In this document: in pieces, positions 51,020 to 61,676 of the stretch
Numbering within the stretch: position 1 is the first letter of the stretch
Layout: each line of letters begins with the position of its first letter
Origin: an uncultured Verrucomicrobiae bacterium
GTDB taxonomy: Bacteria > Verrucomicrobiota > Verrucomicrobiia > Chthoniobacterales > Terrimicrobiaceae
Direction: 5' to 3'
Assembly (NCBI GenBank): GCA_963706955.1
Contig: CAVPOC010000008.1
Coordinates: 448,001-512,000, forward strand
Length of the DNA stretch: 64,000 nt
The notes under the pieces: generated by a model
What the model was told of the DNA's origin: nothing
The model's input: only the letters and a program-made list of their open reading frames with translations
Databases searched by the model: none
Translations under genes and position numbers: made by a program

Positions 51020-52285
51020 TCAATCCATCTTGTTCTGCTGCCAGGACTCCTCGATGGCTTCGACACCGGCTTCGGGCGTAATGTTTCCGGCGGCAATGTC
51101 TGCGGAGACATCGTTGAAGACGCGACCGGTGTCAGGTCCGAGCAACTGGTCGATGGCGATCCCGATCCACTGCGATGTGCCGATTTCCCCAGCGATCGCT
51201 TTGAGGAATGGATCCTTGATTACTTCAGCCGTTCCTTGGACCGCGGGAATGAATAGGCCTTCCGCCGCGAATTTGTTCATGATGTCCTTTGAGAGCCACA
51301 CCTTCATAAAATCCGTAGTCTCTTTAGGTGCTTGCTTCGACACCAGCCACCCATCAAGGCTCGCGAACAGATCGTTGGCTTTGCCTTTACCATCCTTGAC
51401 TTCAGGAAAGAAGAACCAGCCTAGCTTTTCGTTAGGAAGCCCCTTCTTGTCAGCGGAGCTTGCTCTGCCCTCGACTAAATCCCACGTGCCCATTAAATGG
51501 AAGGCCGCCTGGCCGTCGTGAAAAGTGCCGGACGCCTCCGGGAAGGTATTGGACAGGTACCCTTTCTGAAAGGGCTCCAGGGCAGTGAGCTCTTTGTAGA
51601 GCTGGAACGCCTTGAGAACGTTGGGATTTGCAAACCCGCCGTCCTTGTCTTCATAAGCGGCTTGCAATCCCTCCTTGCCTAGAACGCGCATCATGAGAAG
51701 AGCGGGGTAAAAATGCAGGGGCCACTTATCCTTGCCACCCGCGGCTATCGGCGTAATGCCAGCCGCCTTGATCTTCTTGACGGCTTCGATGAAGTCCTCC
51801 CATTGCTTGATCTGGGTCGGATCGACACCGGCCTTCTGGCACAAGTCTTTGTTATACCAAAAGACGATCGGTGCGAGATCGTTGGGCACCCCGTAGGCTT
51901 TGCCGTCAACGACGAAGTTTTGTGCGGTTGCAGGATAGAAAGTCTCGTTAAACCCTCCCTCGGCAATCTCGTTGGTAATGTCTTTGCAAATTCCCGCGGC
52001 GACCTGTTCATACATCACTCCACCGCCCCAACTATGGAACGCGCTCGGGCGATCCTTGGACTGAAGCAGCGTCGGTAATTTGGCCTTGAAAGCCTCATTC
52101 TCCAGATAGGCGAACTGCACGTCCACGCCCGGATTGGCGCTTTCGTACTTTTTGGCAGCCTCTTCCATGATGGCTACAATTTTAGGACTCGATTGAATGT
52201 GAAGGATTCTGACGACGGTTTCCGCCCGCACGGACGAACTAAGCAATCCTAGCAGGGTACAGAGTAGTGATAGTGTGAGTTTCAT
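51020..52285 (-). CDS. Carbohydrate ABC transporter substrate-binding protein
   Basis: Signal peptide; ENEAFKAKL, SWGGG, FWYNKDL and GKDKWP. Confidence 0.9.
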   Translation of the reverse strand: MKLTLSLLCTLLGLLSSSVRAETVVRILHIQSSPKIVAIMEEAAKKYESANPGVDVQFAYLENEAFKAKLPTLLQSKDRPSAFHSWGGGVMYEQVAAGICKDITNEIAEGGFNETFYPATAQNFVVDGKAYGVPNDLAPIVFWYNKDLCQKAGVDPTQIKQWEDFIEAVKKIKAAGITPIAAGGKDKWPLHFYPALLMMRVLGKEGLQAAYEDKDGGFANPNVLKAFQLYKELTALEPFQKGYLSNTFPEASGTFHDGQAAFHLMGTWDLVEGRASSADKKGLPNEKLGWFFFPEVKDGKGKANDLFASLDGWLVSKQAPKETTDFMKVWLSKDIMNKFAAEGLFIPAVQGTAEVIKDPFLKAIAGEIGTSQWIGIAIDQLLGPDTGRVFNDVSADIAAGNITPEAGVEAIEESWQQNKMD

Positions 52286-52514
52286 GGCGTTATTTCTATG
52301 GTGAAAATGCGACGTCCGATCGCAGACTTGATTTCGCGGTTTTAGGGGGTTCAGATTCGCTGTTTAGCTACCGGCTTTCGGCTCCGTGAGAAGATAGCCC
52401 GACGGCCACCCCGCTGGCAAGGACGCTCGTTAGTATCGTTGTGGAGGCCACGGTTCGCCCAGTGTGATCCGGGATCGAGCAGTCAGGGATATGATCCAGT
52501 CGATTCATATCGGT

Positions 52515-53339
52515 CTATCCCTTGACCGCGCCGGAGGTGAGGCCGGCAATAATATGTTTTTGTGCCGCCAGATAAAAGAGGATCGCCGGCGCCAGAGTCA
52601 GGCTGATGTAGGCGAGCACCTTGCCCCAGTCGGTTCCATATTGGCCCTGGTACTGCATGATACCCAATGGCCACGGGTAAAGAGATTCACTATTGATCAT
52701 GACCAGAGGCAGCAGAAAGGCATTCCAGCTCCCAACCAAGGCCAGGACGCCGACTGTTGCCAGGACCGGTCGCGACAAAGGCAGAGTGATCTGCCAGAAA
52801 TAGCGCGTGTAACTGCAGCCATCGACCACCGCCGCCTCGAGCAGTTCTTTGGGCAATTGCGAAAAGAACCCGTGCAAGATCACCACCGAAAAGCCAAGGT
52901 TAAAGGCTACCTGAGGCAGAATCACCCCCCAATAGGTATCCAGCAGCCCTAAATCGCGCACTCGAATGAAGACCGGCAAGACAGCGGTCGCGAAGGGAAA
53001 AGTGAGCCCAAGCGCCAGATAATTACCAATAAATTTTCGGCCGGCAAAATGCATGTGGGAGAGCGTGAACGCCGCCATCGAGCTGACCAGCACCGTTAGC
53101 ACCGTGCTCACGAGGGCGATAATGGCCGAGTTTCCCAGCATCTGCCAAAAGCGTTGGCCGGTGAGGATCTCGACGTAATTATCGACGATCCATTCTCGGG
53201 GCAGTCCGAAAGCATTAGTACGCAAGTCTCCCGTCGTTTTAAAACCGCCGATGACCGTCGCCCACAAGGGCAGCAACACCGGGCCGGAAATCAAAAACAG
53301 TAACAGGAGCCGATAATAACGAAAAAGTCCTCTATCCAT
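52515..53339 (-). CDS. Carbohydrate ABC transporter permease (MalG-like)
   Basis: EAA loop LPKELLEAAVVDGC; WNAFLLPL and AGLTSGAVKG. Confidence 0.93.
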   Translation of the reverse strand: MDRGLFRYYRLLLLFLISGPVLLPLWATVIGGFKTTGDLRTNAFGLPREWIVDNYVEILTGQRFWQMLGNSAIIALVSTVLTVLVSSMAAFTLSHMHFAGRKFIGNYLALGLTFPFATAVLPVFIRVRDLGLLDTYWGVILPQVAFNLGFSVVILHGFFSQLPKELLEAAVVDGCSYTRYFWQITLPLSRPVLATVGVLALVGSWNAFLLPLVMINSESLYPWPLGIMQYQGQYGTDWGKVLAYISLTLAPAILFYLAAQKHIIAGLTSGAVKG

Positions 53340-53341
53340 AA

Positions 53342-54346
53342 TTAGCGAGCCTCAGATTCGCGCATGAACAGCCGCTTGTAGAAAATCATCACCAGCACGC
53401 AGATGACGAAGAGAATAACACCGACGGCGCTGCCGAAGCCGACCCTCATGCGCTTGATTCCAAAAGTATATAAGTAAGACACCGCCGAGTGGGTCGAATT
53501 CGACGGGCCACCATCCGTTAGCGGGATGATCATGTCGAAGAATTGTAGCGAGCCCAAAATGCTGAAGAACAGCGAGAGGACAATGACGTGCTTCATCATC
53601 GGCAGGACGACATGCAGGGTGGTTTGCCAGCGGCTGGCGCCATCGATTTGCGCTGCCTCGAGGATCTCACTGGAAATGCCTTGCCGGCCGGCAACAAACA
53701 ACGCCATGTGGAAACCAAAATATTTCCAAATGACGACCACCAAGAGGGCCGCCATGGCCCAGCCCTTCTCGGCGAGCACTTGCGGCGCTTCGAGACCGAA
53801 CCAGCTGTAAATCACGGCAACGACACCGTAGTTGCCATCATACATATAGCGCCAGATGAGGCCAGCCGCGACCTCGCCAAGGATGTATGGCAGAAAGAAA
53901 ACCGCCCGGAAGAACACGCTCGAGCGCGTCCGATCCGAGATCAATAGAGCGACGCTCAACGCGAGCGGCACTTGGATGAATGCCGAGACGAGGATCACCA
54001 GCAGGTTGTTGAAAAGTGCATTGTGGAAAATGGGATCGCTTAATGCCCGAACGTAGTTCTGCAGATTGATCCACTTCGTCGGTGCCCCGTAACCGTTCCA
54101 GTTGTAAAATCCGTAATAGGCTGCTTCCACCACCGGGAAGGTCACGAATATGGTAAACAGGAGAAGTGCCGGGGGCAGAAAGAGAAGGCAGGTGTTGAGT
54201 TGGCCCGATTTTGAAAAGTCCCGCAGACGCTTGCCAATGGTTTGCTTTGCAACCGCAGGAGGCGGCGCCGTCTCATGTGTGGAAGTAAGTTCTTTGCTAA
54301 TCACAAGACGTTTCAGTAGAGGTTGTAACTTGGTCGCGCATTCCAC
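53342..54346 (-). CDS. Carbohydrate ABC transporter permease (MalF-like)
   Basis: EAAQIDGASRWQ, WKYFGF and TDGGP. Confidence 0.92.
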   Translation of the reverse strand: MECATKLQPLLKRLVISKELTSTHETAPPPAVAKQTIGKRLRDFSKSGQLNTCLLFLPPALLLFTIFVTFPVVEAAYYGFYNWNGYGAPTKWINLQNYVRALSDPIFHNALFNNLLVILVSAFIQVPLALSVALLISDRTRSSVFFRAVFFLPYILGEVAAGLIWRYMYDGNYGVVAVIYSWFGLEAPQVLAEKGWAMAALLVVVIWKYFGFHMALFVAGRQGISSEILEAAQIDGASRWQTTLHVVLPMMKHVIVLSLFFSILGSLQFFDMIIPLTDGGPSNSTHSAVSYLYTFGIKRMRVGFGSAVGVILFVICVLVMIFYKRLFMRESEAR

Positions 54347-54497
54347 GAGGCCGGATTTTCTCGAGATCCGTGCCGGAAGCGATGTTTGGCTGAGTTTGTT
54401 CGATAAGAAGGCAGGGGGAGATGGTCTGGCATCATACGAAACGCTCCGATAGTCGTTGTATCCTCGCAGGCCAACTTACCAGATCGAGTCCATCTTG

Positions 54498-54536
54498 GAT
54501 AGGATGTCTGGCCATGGTTTGAAGATTCGTCGGACT
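54498..54536 (-). promoter_or_regulatory. Putative regulator site shared with 56671-56710
   Basis: gaagattcgtcggact versus gaacattcgtccgact (14/16), each starting 23-24 nt from a gatag. Confidence 0.45.
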
Positions 54537-54547
54537 GATTTGTCGCG

Positions 54548-55699
54548 CTATTGGGTGGATTTCTGAAGAGGATTCCAAGTCGCCGATAATGGCTCGGCCA
54601 GCTTGCAGGTCGTCGCTAAGGAAACTGTTTGCCCCGAGTCGACCGATCGGATGATCGACTCCATGATGTCGAGGACGTGAAGGGCCAGATCGGCGCTGGC
54701 TCGGGGGCTGCCGCCACTGCGCACCGCGCGCGCTAAGTCCAACGCCCCCATTCCGCGACCTTCCGCGCTGCCCTCCGCCGGAAATTCTGTCCAATCGGCA
54801 TCCGTTGGCGCGTCCAACCACTCGTTTGGAGAGGTCTTGTTGAGATCTTTCTTGCAGACGAACACGGAACCATCAAAGGCGTTCGGGTCGGGTAAGCGGA
54901 TGACGCCCCCTGTGCCATGGACTTCCAGCTCGCGTGTCGCAATGGGTTCGTCAAAGCTGAATCTGGCAGTGGCGACCGGCCCGGAGGCAAACTCCAGCAG
55001 TGCCGAGATCTGCGTATCCACCGTGACTGCAAAAGTCTCTCCCGCACGCGGCCCGCTACCGATTGTCCGTTGATTTTGGGCTCGTCGGCCAAAGCCAGAG
55101 ACCCTCTTTACGGGGCCAAAGAGCTGGACGAGCGCAGTGAGATAGTATGGGCCCATATCCAGCAAGGGCCCTCCACCTTTTTGGAAAAGAAACTCTGGAT
55201 TTGGATGCCAGGCATCGGGGCCTGGATAGCCAAACGTGGCCTTGGCCGAGATCGGGGTGCCTATCCGGCCGGCCTCGATTACTCGGCGTGCCGTCTGCAA
55301 GCCCGCACCGAGGAAGGTGTCGGGAGCATTGCCCAAGTGGACTTTGTTCTCAGCAGCCGCCGCGATAATCGTCTGGCCCTCTTCGAGCGACAACGCGAAC
55401 GGCTTCTCGCCATAGACATGCTTGCCTGATCGAATCGCCTGGAGCGCAACGCTAGCGTGGACCGCAGGAATGGTCAGATTTACGATCAGGTCAACGTCGG
55501 GCATCTCCAAAACCGAGTCCAGATCCGCGGAGTGTGGGACGCCGTATTTCGCCGCTTGCGCCGACGCGCGGCTCAAATTGATGTCCGCACACGCCACAAC
55601 ATTGACGTCTGGGAACCGGACCAGGTTCGTCAGGTATTGGTCGCTGATGTTACCGCAACCAACGACGGCAATTCCGACCGGTTCAAAAGTATTGCTCAT
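54548..55699 (-). CDS. Gfo/Idh/MocA-family oxidoreductase
   Basis: VVGCGNIS, GKHVYGEKP, APDTFLG and DMGPYY. Confidence 0.93.
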   Translation of the reverse strand: MSNTFEPVGIAVVGCGNISDQYLTNLVRFPDVNVVACADINLSRASAQAAKYGVPHSADLDSVLEMPDVDLIVNLTIPAVHASVALQAIRSGKHVYGEKPFALSLEEGQTIIAAAAENKVHLGNAPDTFLGAGLQTARRVIEAGRIGTPISAKATFGYPGPDAWHPNPEFLFQKGGGPLLDMGPYYLTALVQLFGPVKRVSGFGRRAQNQRTIGSGPRAGETFAVTVDTQISALLEFASGPVATARFSFDEPIATRELEVHGTGGVIRLPDPNAFDGSVFVCKKDLNKTSPNEWLDAPTDADWTEFPAEGSAEGRGMGALDLARAVRSGGSPRASADLALHVLDIMESIIRSVDSGQTVSLATTCKLAEPLSATWNPLQKSTQ

Positions 55700-55729
55700 A
55701 AATGTTTTCCCGTTGAAATCGTTTGAAAG

Positions 55730-56629
55730 TTATCGATTGGCGGTAAATGCCTCCGAGCCGAACTGCTTGGCAATCCAGGCTGCGGAAATTTTCGTTGATT
55801 CGAGGTTCGTCGGGGCCTCCGGCACGTCGACTTCGACAACGATCCAACCGTTAAATGATGAGGGAAGCGCGCCTAGGGCGGCGGGCAGGTCAATATCGCC
55901 CCGGCCCGGCTCAGTCCAGACGGTAAACTTTCCTCGGGTGGCCTCGTGGTAGCTGGCGCCGGCAGCTTTTGAAGACTTCACTTGATCGGCGTGAACATCC
56001 TTGAGATGCATTCCTGCGATTCGCGCGGCATAACGACCCATGATCTTGACTGGATCGACTCCGGCCCAAGTGAGATGGCCGGTATCCGGACCGAATCCCA
56101 GGATCGCGTCTGGGACGCCCTGCAGAACTGTGTCGATTTCGTTTTCCACTTCGATCGCGCTCCCAACGTGTGGGTGCAGCATTGGGCGGACTCCTTCAGC
56201 GACGATGGCGGTGGCAGCGGCGCCCACGCCATCGACGACTTTCGCCAAGAACGCCGAGTCGGCATCCGCGCCGATCGCCGGCTGTTCCACGCGAACTCCA
56301 TCCACATTGGCGGCGAGGAAGACCTCTGTGTTGCCGAGTTCAGCCTGAATAGCCGCATGGCGTTTCGCGCTCTCGGCGATCTTATCCAGCGGAGTGTCAC
56401 CGAACGAAGCTGCAAAGTATCCGGGCGCCGGCACAAAGCCGTAATCGGCAAGAAGAGCACGGTACTCGGAGGGTGACAAATCGGCCGGCGGATCCGCCTG
56501 AATCGCTTTGAACGGAGTGCTGGCGATCTCTGAGAAGGCCTGTCGCAGGACTGGAACAGAGAGGTCAAATCCTCTTTCAGTGAGCACCCACGGGAGCGGG
56601 TTCAAGGCGATTTTGGCGTGGCTGGTCAT
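55730..56629 (-). CDS. Sugar phosphate isomerase/epimerase (IolE-like TIM barrel)
   Basis: HPHVGSAIE, PDTGHL, HLKD, EPGRG and WIVVE. Confidence 0.85.
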   Translation of the reverse strand: MTSHAKIALNPLPWVLTERGFDLSVPVLRQAFSEIASTPFKAIQADPPADLSPSEYRALLADYGFVPAPGYFAASFGDTPLDKIAESAKRHAAIQAELGNTEVFLAANVDGVRVEQPAIGADADSAFLAKVVDGVGAAATAIVAEGVRPMLHPHVGSAIEVENEIDTVLQGVPDAILGFGPDTGHLTWAGVDPVKIMGRYAARIAGMHLKDVHADQVKSSKAAGASYHEATRGKFTVWTEPGRGDIDLPAALGALPSSFNGWIVVEVDVPEAPTNLESTKISAAWIAKQFGSEAFTANR

Positions 56630-56670
56630 AGGTGGTTTTCCCAGCAGATTAGCCGGACAACCTGTCCTCA

Positions 56671-56710
56671 GATAGAATTTCCCAATGGCCTTTAGAACAT
56701 TCGTCCGACT
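56671..56710 (-). promoter_or_regulatory. Putative regulator site upstream of the isomerase gene
   Basis: Second copy of the motif at 54498-54536. Confidence 0.45.
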
Positions 56711-56813
56711 TTCAGGCAGTGGACGTACAGAGCGCGCCCTGGCGGACAGCGCCGCTGCCTCTGCGATTACATCATGAGCCGCAGAAAAGTCACCGGCTCT
56801 CGGCGATACTCAA

Positions 56814-57695
56814 TCAGGTTGCTAATTCGACCGTGCTTTGCTGAGAGCGAAATGCTGCGGGGGTGGTGCCGAAGAAGCGTCGAAAGTGACGGTTAAGGTG
56901 CGCCTGGTCACAGAAGCCGATGGCGGTAGCAATTTCCGCGAGCGACAAGGGAGGATTGCGCTGACCGATGAGCCTCCGCGCATGATTTAGGCGCACGAGC
57001 AGCAGGTATTGATGCGGGGTATAGCCGGTGAGTTGACGAAACATCACCGCAAAATGGCTACGGCTCATCTTGGCCATCGAAGCCAACTCGTCCAAAGAGA
57101 GGTCTTCAGCAAAATGACTCTCCAGAAGCTCAACTGCTCGCCTGATGCCAGGCGGAACAGCCGTCTTGCGTGGTCGTTTCTTTATTGTGCCTAGCACGCG
57201 CAACGCCAAGGCGCGGGCCAGCGGCTCAAAATAAAGCGGACCATGCGGGCATTGATCCTCTGTTTCTTCCATGAGAAGCCGGCACAGGGCTTCCGTTCGC
57301 TGGTCGATGGCAAAGAAATGATGCCAATGCGCCTTGGAGACCACCTCGAAAAGTTCGACCTCCTTGGCCATCGCCTCAAAAAAACGTCGCGAGAAGCTGA
57401 AATTGACGACTAGACCCGCGGCACCTTCCCACTCTCCATAGACCGGCAGGCCCGGTGGCGACACAAAGACATTTCCCCGGTGAATGTGATGATGGTGCAA
57501 ACCATGCTCGGGGACCGTGATCCACGTTTCCCCCTTTTCTGTTCTTGGCCGGTACCAAAAGGTGTAGGTGTTCTGCGCGGGAGTTACGGAGGAAGCGTTC
57601 GCGGGAAACCGGTGGATGGTGATCGTCAGCGCATCAACGCCTGATCGGTCGCTTCGCTGAACAATCAGGTCATTGACGTTTAATGCTCGGGCCAT
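56814..57695 (-). CDS. AraC-family transcriptional regulator
   Basis: LDELASMAKMSRSHF...GYTPHQY...GFCDQAHLNRHFRRFFGTTP. Confidence 0.92.
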   Translation of the reverse strand: MARALNVNDLIVQRSDRSGVDALTITIHRFPANASSVTPAQNTYTFWYRPRTEKGETWITVPEHGLHHHHIHRGNVFVSPPGLPVYGEWEGAAGLVVNFSFSRRFFEAMAKEVELFEVVSKAHWHHFFAIDQRTEALCRLLMEETEDQCPHGPLYFEPLARALALRVLGTIKKRPRKTAVPPGIRRAVELLESHFAEDLSLDELASMAKMSRSHFAVMFRQLTGYTPHQYLLLVRLNHARRLIGQRNPPLSLAEIATAIGFCDQAHLNRHFRRFFGTTPAAFRSQQSTVELAT

Positions 57696-57747
57696 CTTTC
57701 GGCTACAGCTTCACGCGCGCAAACATAACAGCTCAATCTCGAGGCAA

Positions 57748-58776
57748 TCAAAATCTCCCGGTTGCAGTCCTGGCAGACTCAGGAACTTCCCCTGCGCTCT
57801 CGCTCCGACTCAAGGGTCGGTCATCCTGCCTGGCCGTTGCCAATTGCTTGCTCCGCCTAGCGTGGACAATGTTGTGCTGTGCGCGGAAAACTGCCGGTGT
57901 CGTGCCGAAAACGCGGCGAAAATGACGGCTGAGGTGCGCTTGGTCGCAAAAGCCGCTCGCAGCGGCAACCTCGGCCAGTGAGAAGGCCGAGTTGCCTTGA
58001 GTGATAAGTTTGCGCGCGTGATTCAGACGTACCAAAAGCAGGTATTGGTGCGGCGTGTAACCGGTATATTCGCGAAACATGAGCGCAAAATGGCTGCGGC
58101 TCATCTGCGCCATGGTCGCAAGTTCGGCTAAAGAAATCTCGTCCACGAAATCGGACTCGAGGCGTTGGACAGCATGGCGGACGCCAGGCGGCACGGTCGC
58201 GGCACGCCATGCTCGGCCATGCTGATCGCGCACGGTGCCGAGGACCTTCAGCGCCAATGCGCGGGCGAGCGGTTCGAAGTAGAGCGGACCATTCGGACAC
58301 TGTTCCTCGGTTTCTTCCATCAGCAGTCGGCACAACGCTTCGATACGCTGATCAATCGCAAAAAAATGGTGCCAGGGCCGTTTCGAAATAAACTCTGCCA
58401 GACCCATCTGCCCGGCAAAAGCTTCGAAAAAGCGCGAACCAAAGCTAAAGTTGGCCACGGTGCCCTCAGCCTCTTCCTGTTCGCCGTGCACAGGCAACGC
58501 AGGCGGAGAGATCAGCAAGTGATCGCGGCTGACGTGATGGTGGTCCAAGCCGAGCTCTGGAACGGTCAGCCAAGTGTGTCCTCTTTCTGCCCGCGGTCTG
58601 TACCAAAACGTGTATGCGTCTCGTTCAGGCGTGAACGAGGACCAGGCATTCGCCGGAAACCTATGGATCGTGACCGAAAGCTCTTTGACTCCCGAACGAT
58701 CGCTACGGTGAATAATCAAGTCATCGACGTTTATGGGTCCGCCAATTTGACCTGATAGCTTCACGTTGAGGAACAT
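57748..58776 (-). CDS. AraC-family transcriptional regulator (tandem paralogue)
   Basis: Same double HTH; long near-identical stretches shared with 56814-57695. Confidence 0.9.
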   Translation of the reverse strand: MFLNVKLSGQIGGPINVDDLIIHRSDRSGVKELSVTIHRFPANAWSSFTPERDAYTFWYRPRAERGHTWLTVPELGLDHHHVSRDHLLISPPALPVHGEQEEAEGTVANFSFGSRFFEAFAGQMGLAEFISKRPWHHFFAIDQRIEALCRLLMEETEEQCPNGPLYFEPLARALALKVLGTVRDQHGRAWRAATVPPGVRHAVQRLESDFVDEISLAELATMAQMSRSHFALMFREYTGYTPHQYLLLVRLNHARKLITQGNSAFSLAEVAAASGFCDQAHLSRHFRRVFGTTPAVFRAQHNIVHARRSKQLATARQDDRPLSRSESAGEVPESARTATGRF

Positions 58777-58827
58777 AACAGTTCTGCGGTTTCGACGATA
58801 CCTCAAAATCGCCAGTGGCCGCGTGGC

Positions 58828-61225
58828 TCATCGGGCAAGAAGCTGCACGTTTGCGAGGCTTTCCATTCGCCAGTGACGGTCGAGCACACGGTTTTCACCC
58901 ACAACCTCAATCCGGCCCTTCGACTTGATGTCACTACTGGACGCGCCGACCATGACCTCAAACTCACCGGCTTCGACCACGCGCTGATAGGCGGCATTGG
59001 TGAAGTTGAGCATATCCACCGGGATCGAGAAGCTGACCACCGCGCGTTCTTTCGGTCGCAGGGTGACTCGCTTGAAAGCCTTCAGCTCCTTCACCGGCCG
59101 GACCAAGGATGCATACACATCGCGGAAGTAGACTTGAACGACTTCGCACCCCTCGCGCTCGCCAGTATTCTCGAGCTCGATCGCCAACTCCACGGTGCCG
59201 TCGCCGATGTCGACTTTATTCTCTTTGATGCGCAATTCGCCGTAAGTGAATTGCGTGTAGCCGAGGCCGTAGCCAAACGCGTACTTGGTGCCGAAGTGGT
59301 AGGCGATCGGTGCACCGCCGCTCTTGAGCTTATGGTTATAGTAATATGGCACTGCTCCGACGTTCTTCGGGATGGAGACGACGAGGCGCCCGCTCGGGTT
59401 TGCCTTGCCGGTTAACAGATCGGCAACGGCTTCGCCGCCTTCCTGGCCGGGCTGGAAGGCCATCAGAACCGCTGCGGCTTTCTCTTCAAGCCCATTGAGA
59501 GAATACGGGCGGCCGGAGGTTACCACGATCACGCTGGGGGTTCCGGTGGCAATGATTCGGCGCAGGAGCTCTTCCTGCACTCCTGGCAGCTGGAGGCTGT
59601 CAGTATCTGAGCCCTCGCCGACCGTCCCAGTCTGAAACAAACCGGCCAGGTCGCCTACGAAAACGATGGCGACATCGGATTGACGTGCGCACTCCACCGC
59701 GCTGTCGATCTGGGAGAGATCCTGGCTAATTGGCGAGGTTCGCTTCAGGCTTGCCGCAACGTCTGAATCGACATCACCGGGAAAGACTGGCGCTTCCGGG
59801 TTCCGCTCGGTGAGAATCTCACATCCTTTCGCGTAGCGGACATTACTTTCACCAAATCTCTCGATCAGAGCTTGCAAGGGAGTCTTCGCGTATTGGGCAT
59901 CTTCCTGCATGTTGGCGACGATCAAGTGCACCGGAAAGGAGTAGCCACTAAACATCGCCAACTGATCGTCGGCGGTTGGACCTATCACCGCCAGTCTTGG
60001 GCCCCTGGTCGGGTCCAACGGGAGCACGCCTCGATTTTCCAGCAGGACGATCGACTGCAAGGCCACCTCTTTGGCGAGCTTCGTTGCGCTCTCCGCTTGA
60101 AGATTCAGCTGATCTTCGTCGGCATACGGTTTTTCAAACAGACCGAGACGGAACTTTTCGGTTAAGATGCGTCCGACGATCTCATCAATTTTTTCCTCCG
60201 TTATTTGACCACGCTTGAGCGCCTCGTGGAGATTTTCTGTGCAATCGAATGCCGGCAATTCGATGTCCAAGCCTGCATTGAAGGCGAGCGCGGCCGCCTC
60301 GGCTTTGTCGCGGGCGACCGCGTGATGGATGTGGAGCAAGCTGACGCCGCCGTAGTCCGCAACTACAAGACCGTCAAACCCCCACTGCTCGCGCAGGAGA
60401 GTCGTCAACAGGTAATGCCAGGAATGACACGGCTCATTATCGATGTCGTGATAGGCAGGCATGACCGAGCCGGCATTGGCTTGCTTCACCGCCATTTCAA
60501 AAGGGAGCAGAAAAGTGTCGCTCAGCTCCTTGATACCCAGATGCACCGGAGCATGATTGCGAGCGCCCTCGCTGAACGAATGGCCGGCATAGTGCTTTAA
60601 GGTCGCGAGCAGTTCGCGATTCTCGCCCTGCAGTCCGCGGACATAACGGGTGGCCAGAACCCCGATGAGATAAGGATCTTCTCCCATCGTTTCTTCGGTG
60701 CGTCCCCAGCGAACGTCGCGGGACACGTCGAGGACGGGGGCGAGACCTTGATGGCAACCGATCTGCTTGGCCTCCTTTCGGATCTCGCCGCCGACCATGT
60801 TCAATGAGCTCGGGATTCCAAGTCGAGCCATAGTTCAAGGCGGAAGGAAAGAGCGTCGCCCCTTTTGCCATGAGGCCGACCAGGCACTCTTCGTGAGACA
60901 TGGCCGGTATGCCGAGCCGCGTCTCCTCGACAAGAAACTTCTGCAGGTTGTTGAGGGCGCGCACGCCCTCTTTGGCATCGACCGGATGGGTGCCGAGCGG
61001 TCGGGTGATCTGGCCCATCCCCGCTTTGAGCATCTCCTTGAAGGCCTCGCCGCTGGTTCTTTGCGAGAAGACATCCTCACGCATGCGATGCTCGCCGTCC
61101 GCCGAGAGGATCAGCCAATGCGAATACATTTGCGCGATCTTCTCGGTCAACGTCATCCGCCCGAGAAGATCGGAGACGCGTTCCTCTACCGGCAATCGAG
61201 AGTCTTTGTAGGGATATGTAGCCAT
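58828..61225 (-). CDS. GH3 beta-glucosidase/xylosidase, frameshifted near 60799
   Basis: LLGRMTLTEKIAQM, ETRLGIP..HEE, DVRWGRTEE, LKHY, VVADY nucleophile and Fn3-like EVVQVY; removing one base gives a single 798-aa ORF. Confidence 0.92.
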
Positions 61226-61403
61226 GGATTTTAGAAAGGCTCGAATAGTCACGCCCGAGCCGAAATTTGTCGAGCCACCGGTTGAACGTGGAGCGCAGGA
61301 ATGTTTGGCGCTGCTGGCGACAACGAGGTGCACGTCCTGGCGAAGCGCGAGTCGTCGCCTGTCGCCCCTGCGTCCCAGACACAGTGTCAACGATGACGTC
61401 CTG

Positions 61404-61568
61404 GGGAGCGCACGCGTCTCCGCGTGCCTCGTTCGGCGTCCCCGCCGAACGTTAGGGTCACGTTCAACCCTCCTGCGAAAACAAGCTACTTCGACTCGCG
61501 ATACGCCTTTGGCTAAAGATCTCTTCGGCGGGACGCCGAAGAGTCACACCCGGGACGGGGATGCTCCC
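61404..61568. repeat. REP/MITE-like palindromic intergenic element
   Basis: Terminal gggagc/gctccc; internal ttcggcgtcccgccgaa (61432-61448) and its reverse complement (61524-61540). Confidence 0.75.
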
Positions 61569-61676
61569 TGGGACATCTGCTCCCGAAACGTAAGGTGGGG
61601 CAGCTCGCAGATTTTCCTTACTCCATACTTGCCTTCAACGGCGCGTCAAAAATAACGTCCGCTCACCTTTGGAAGC

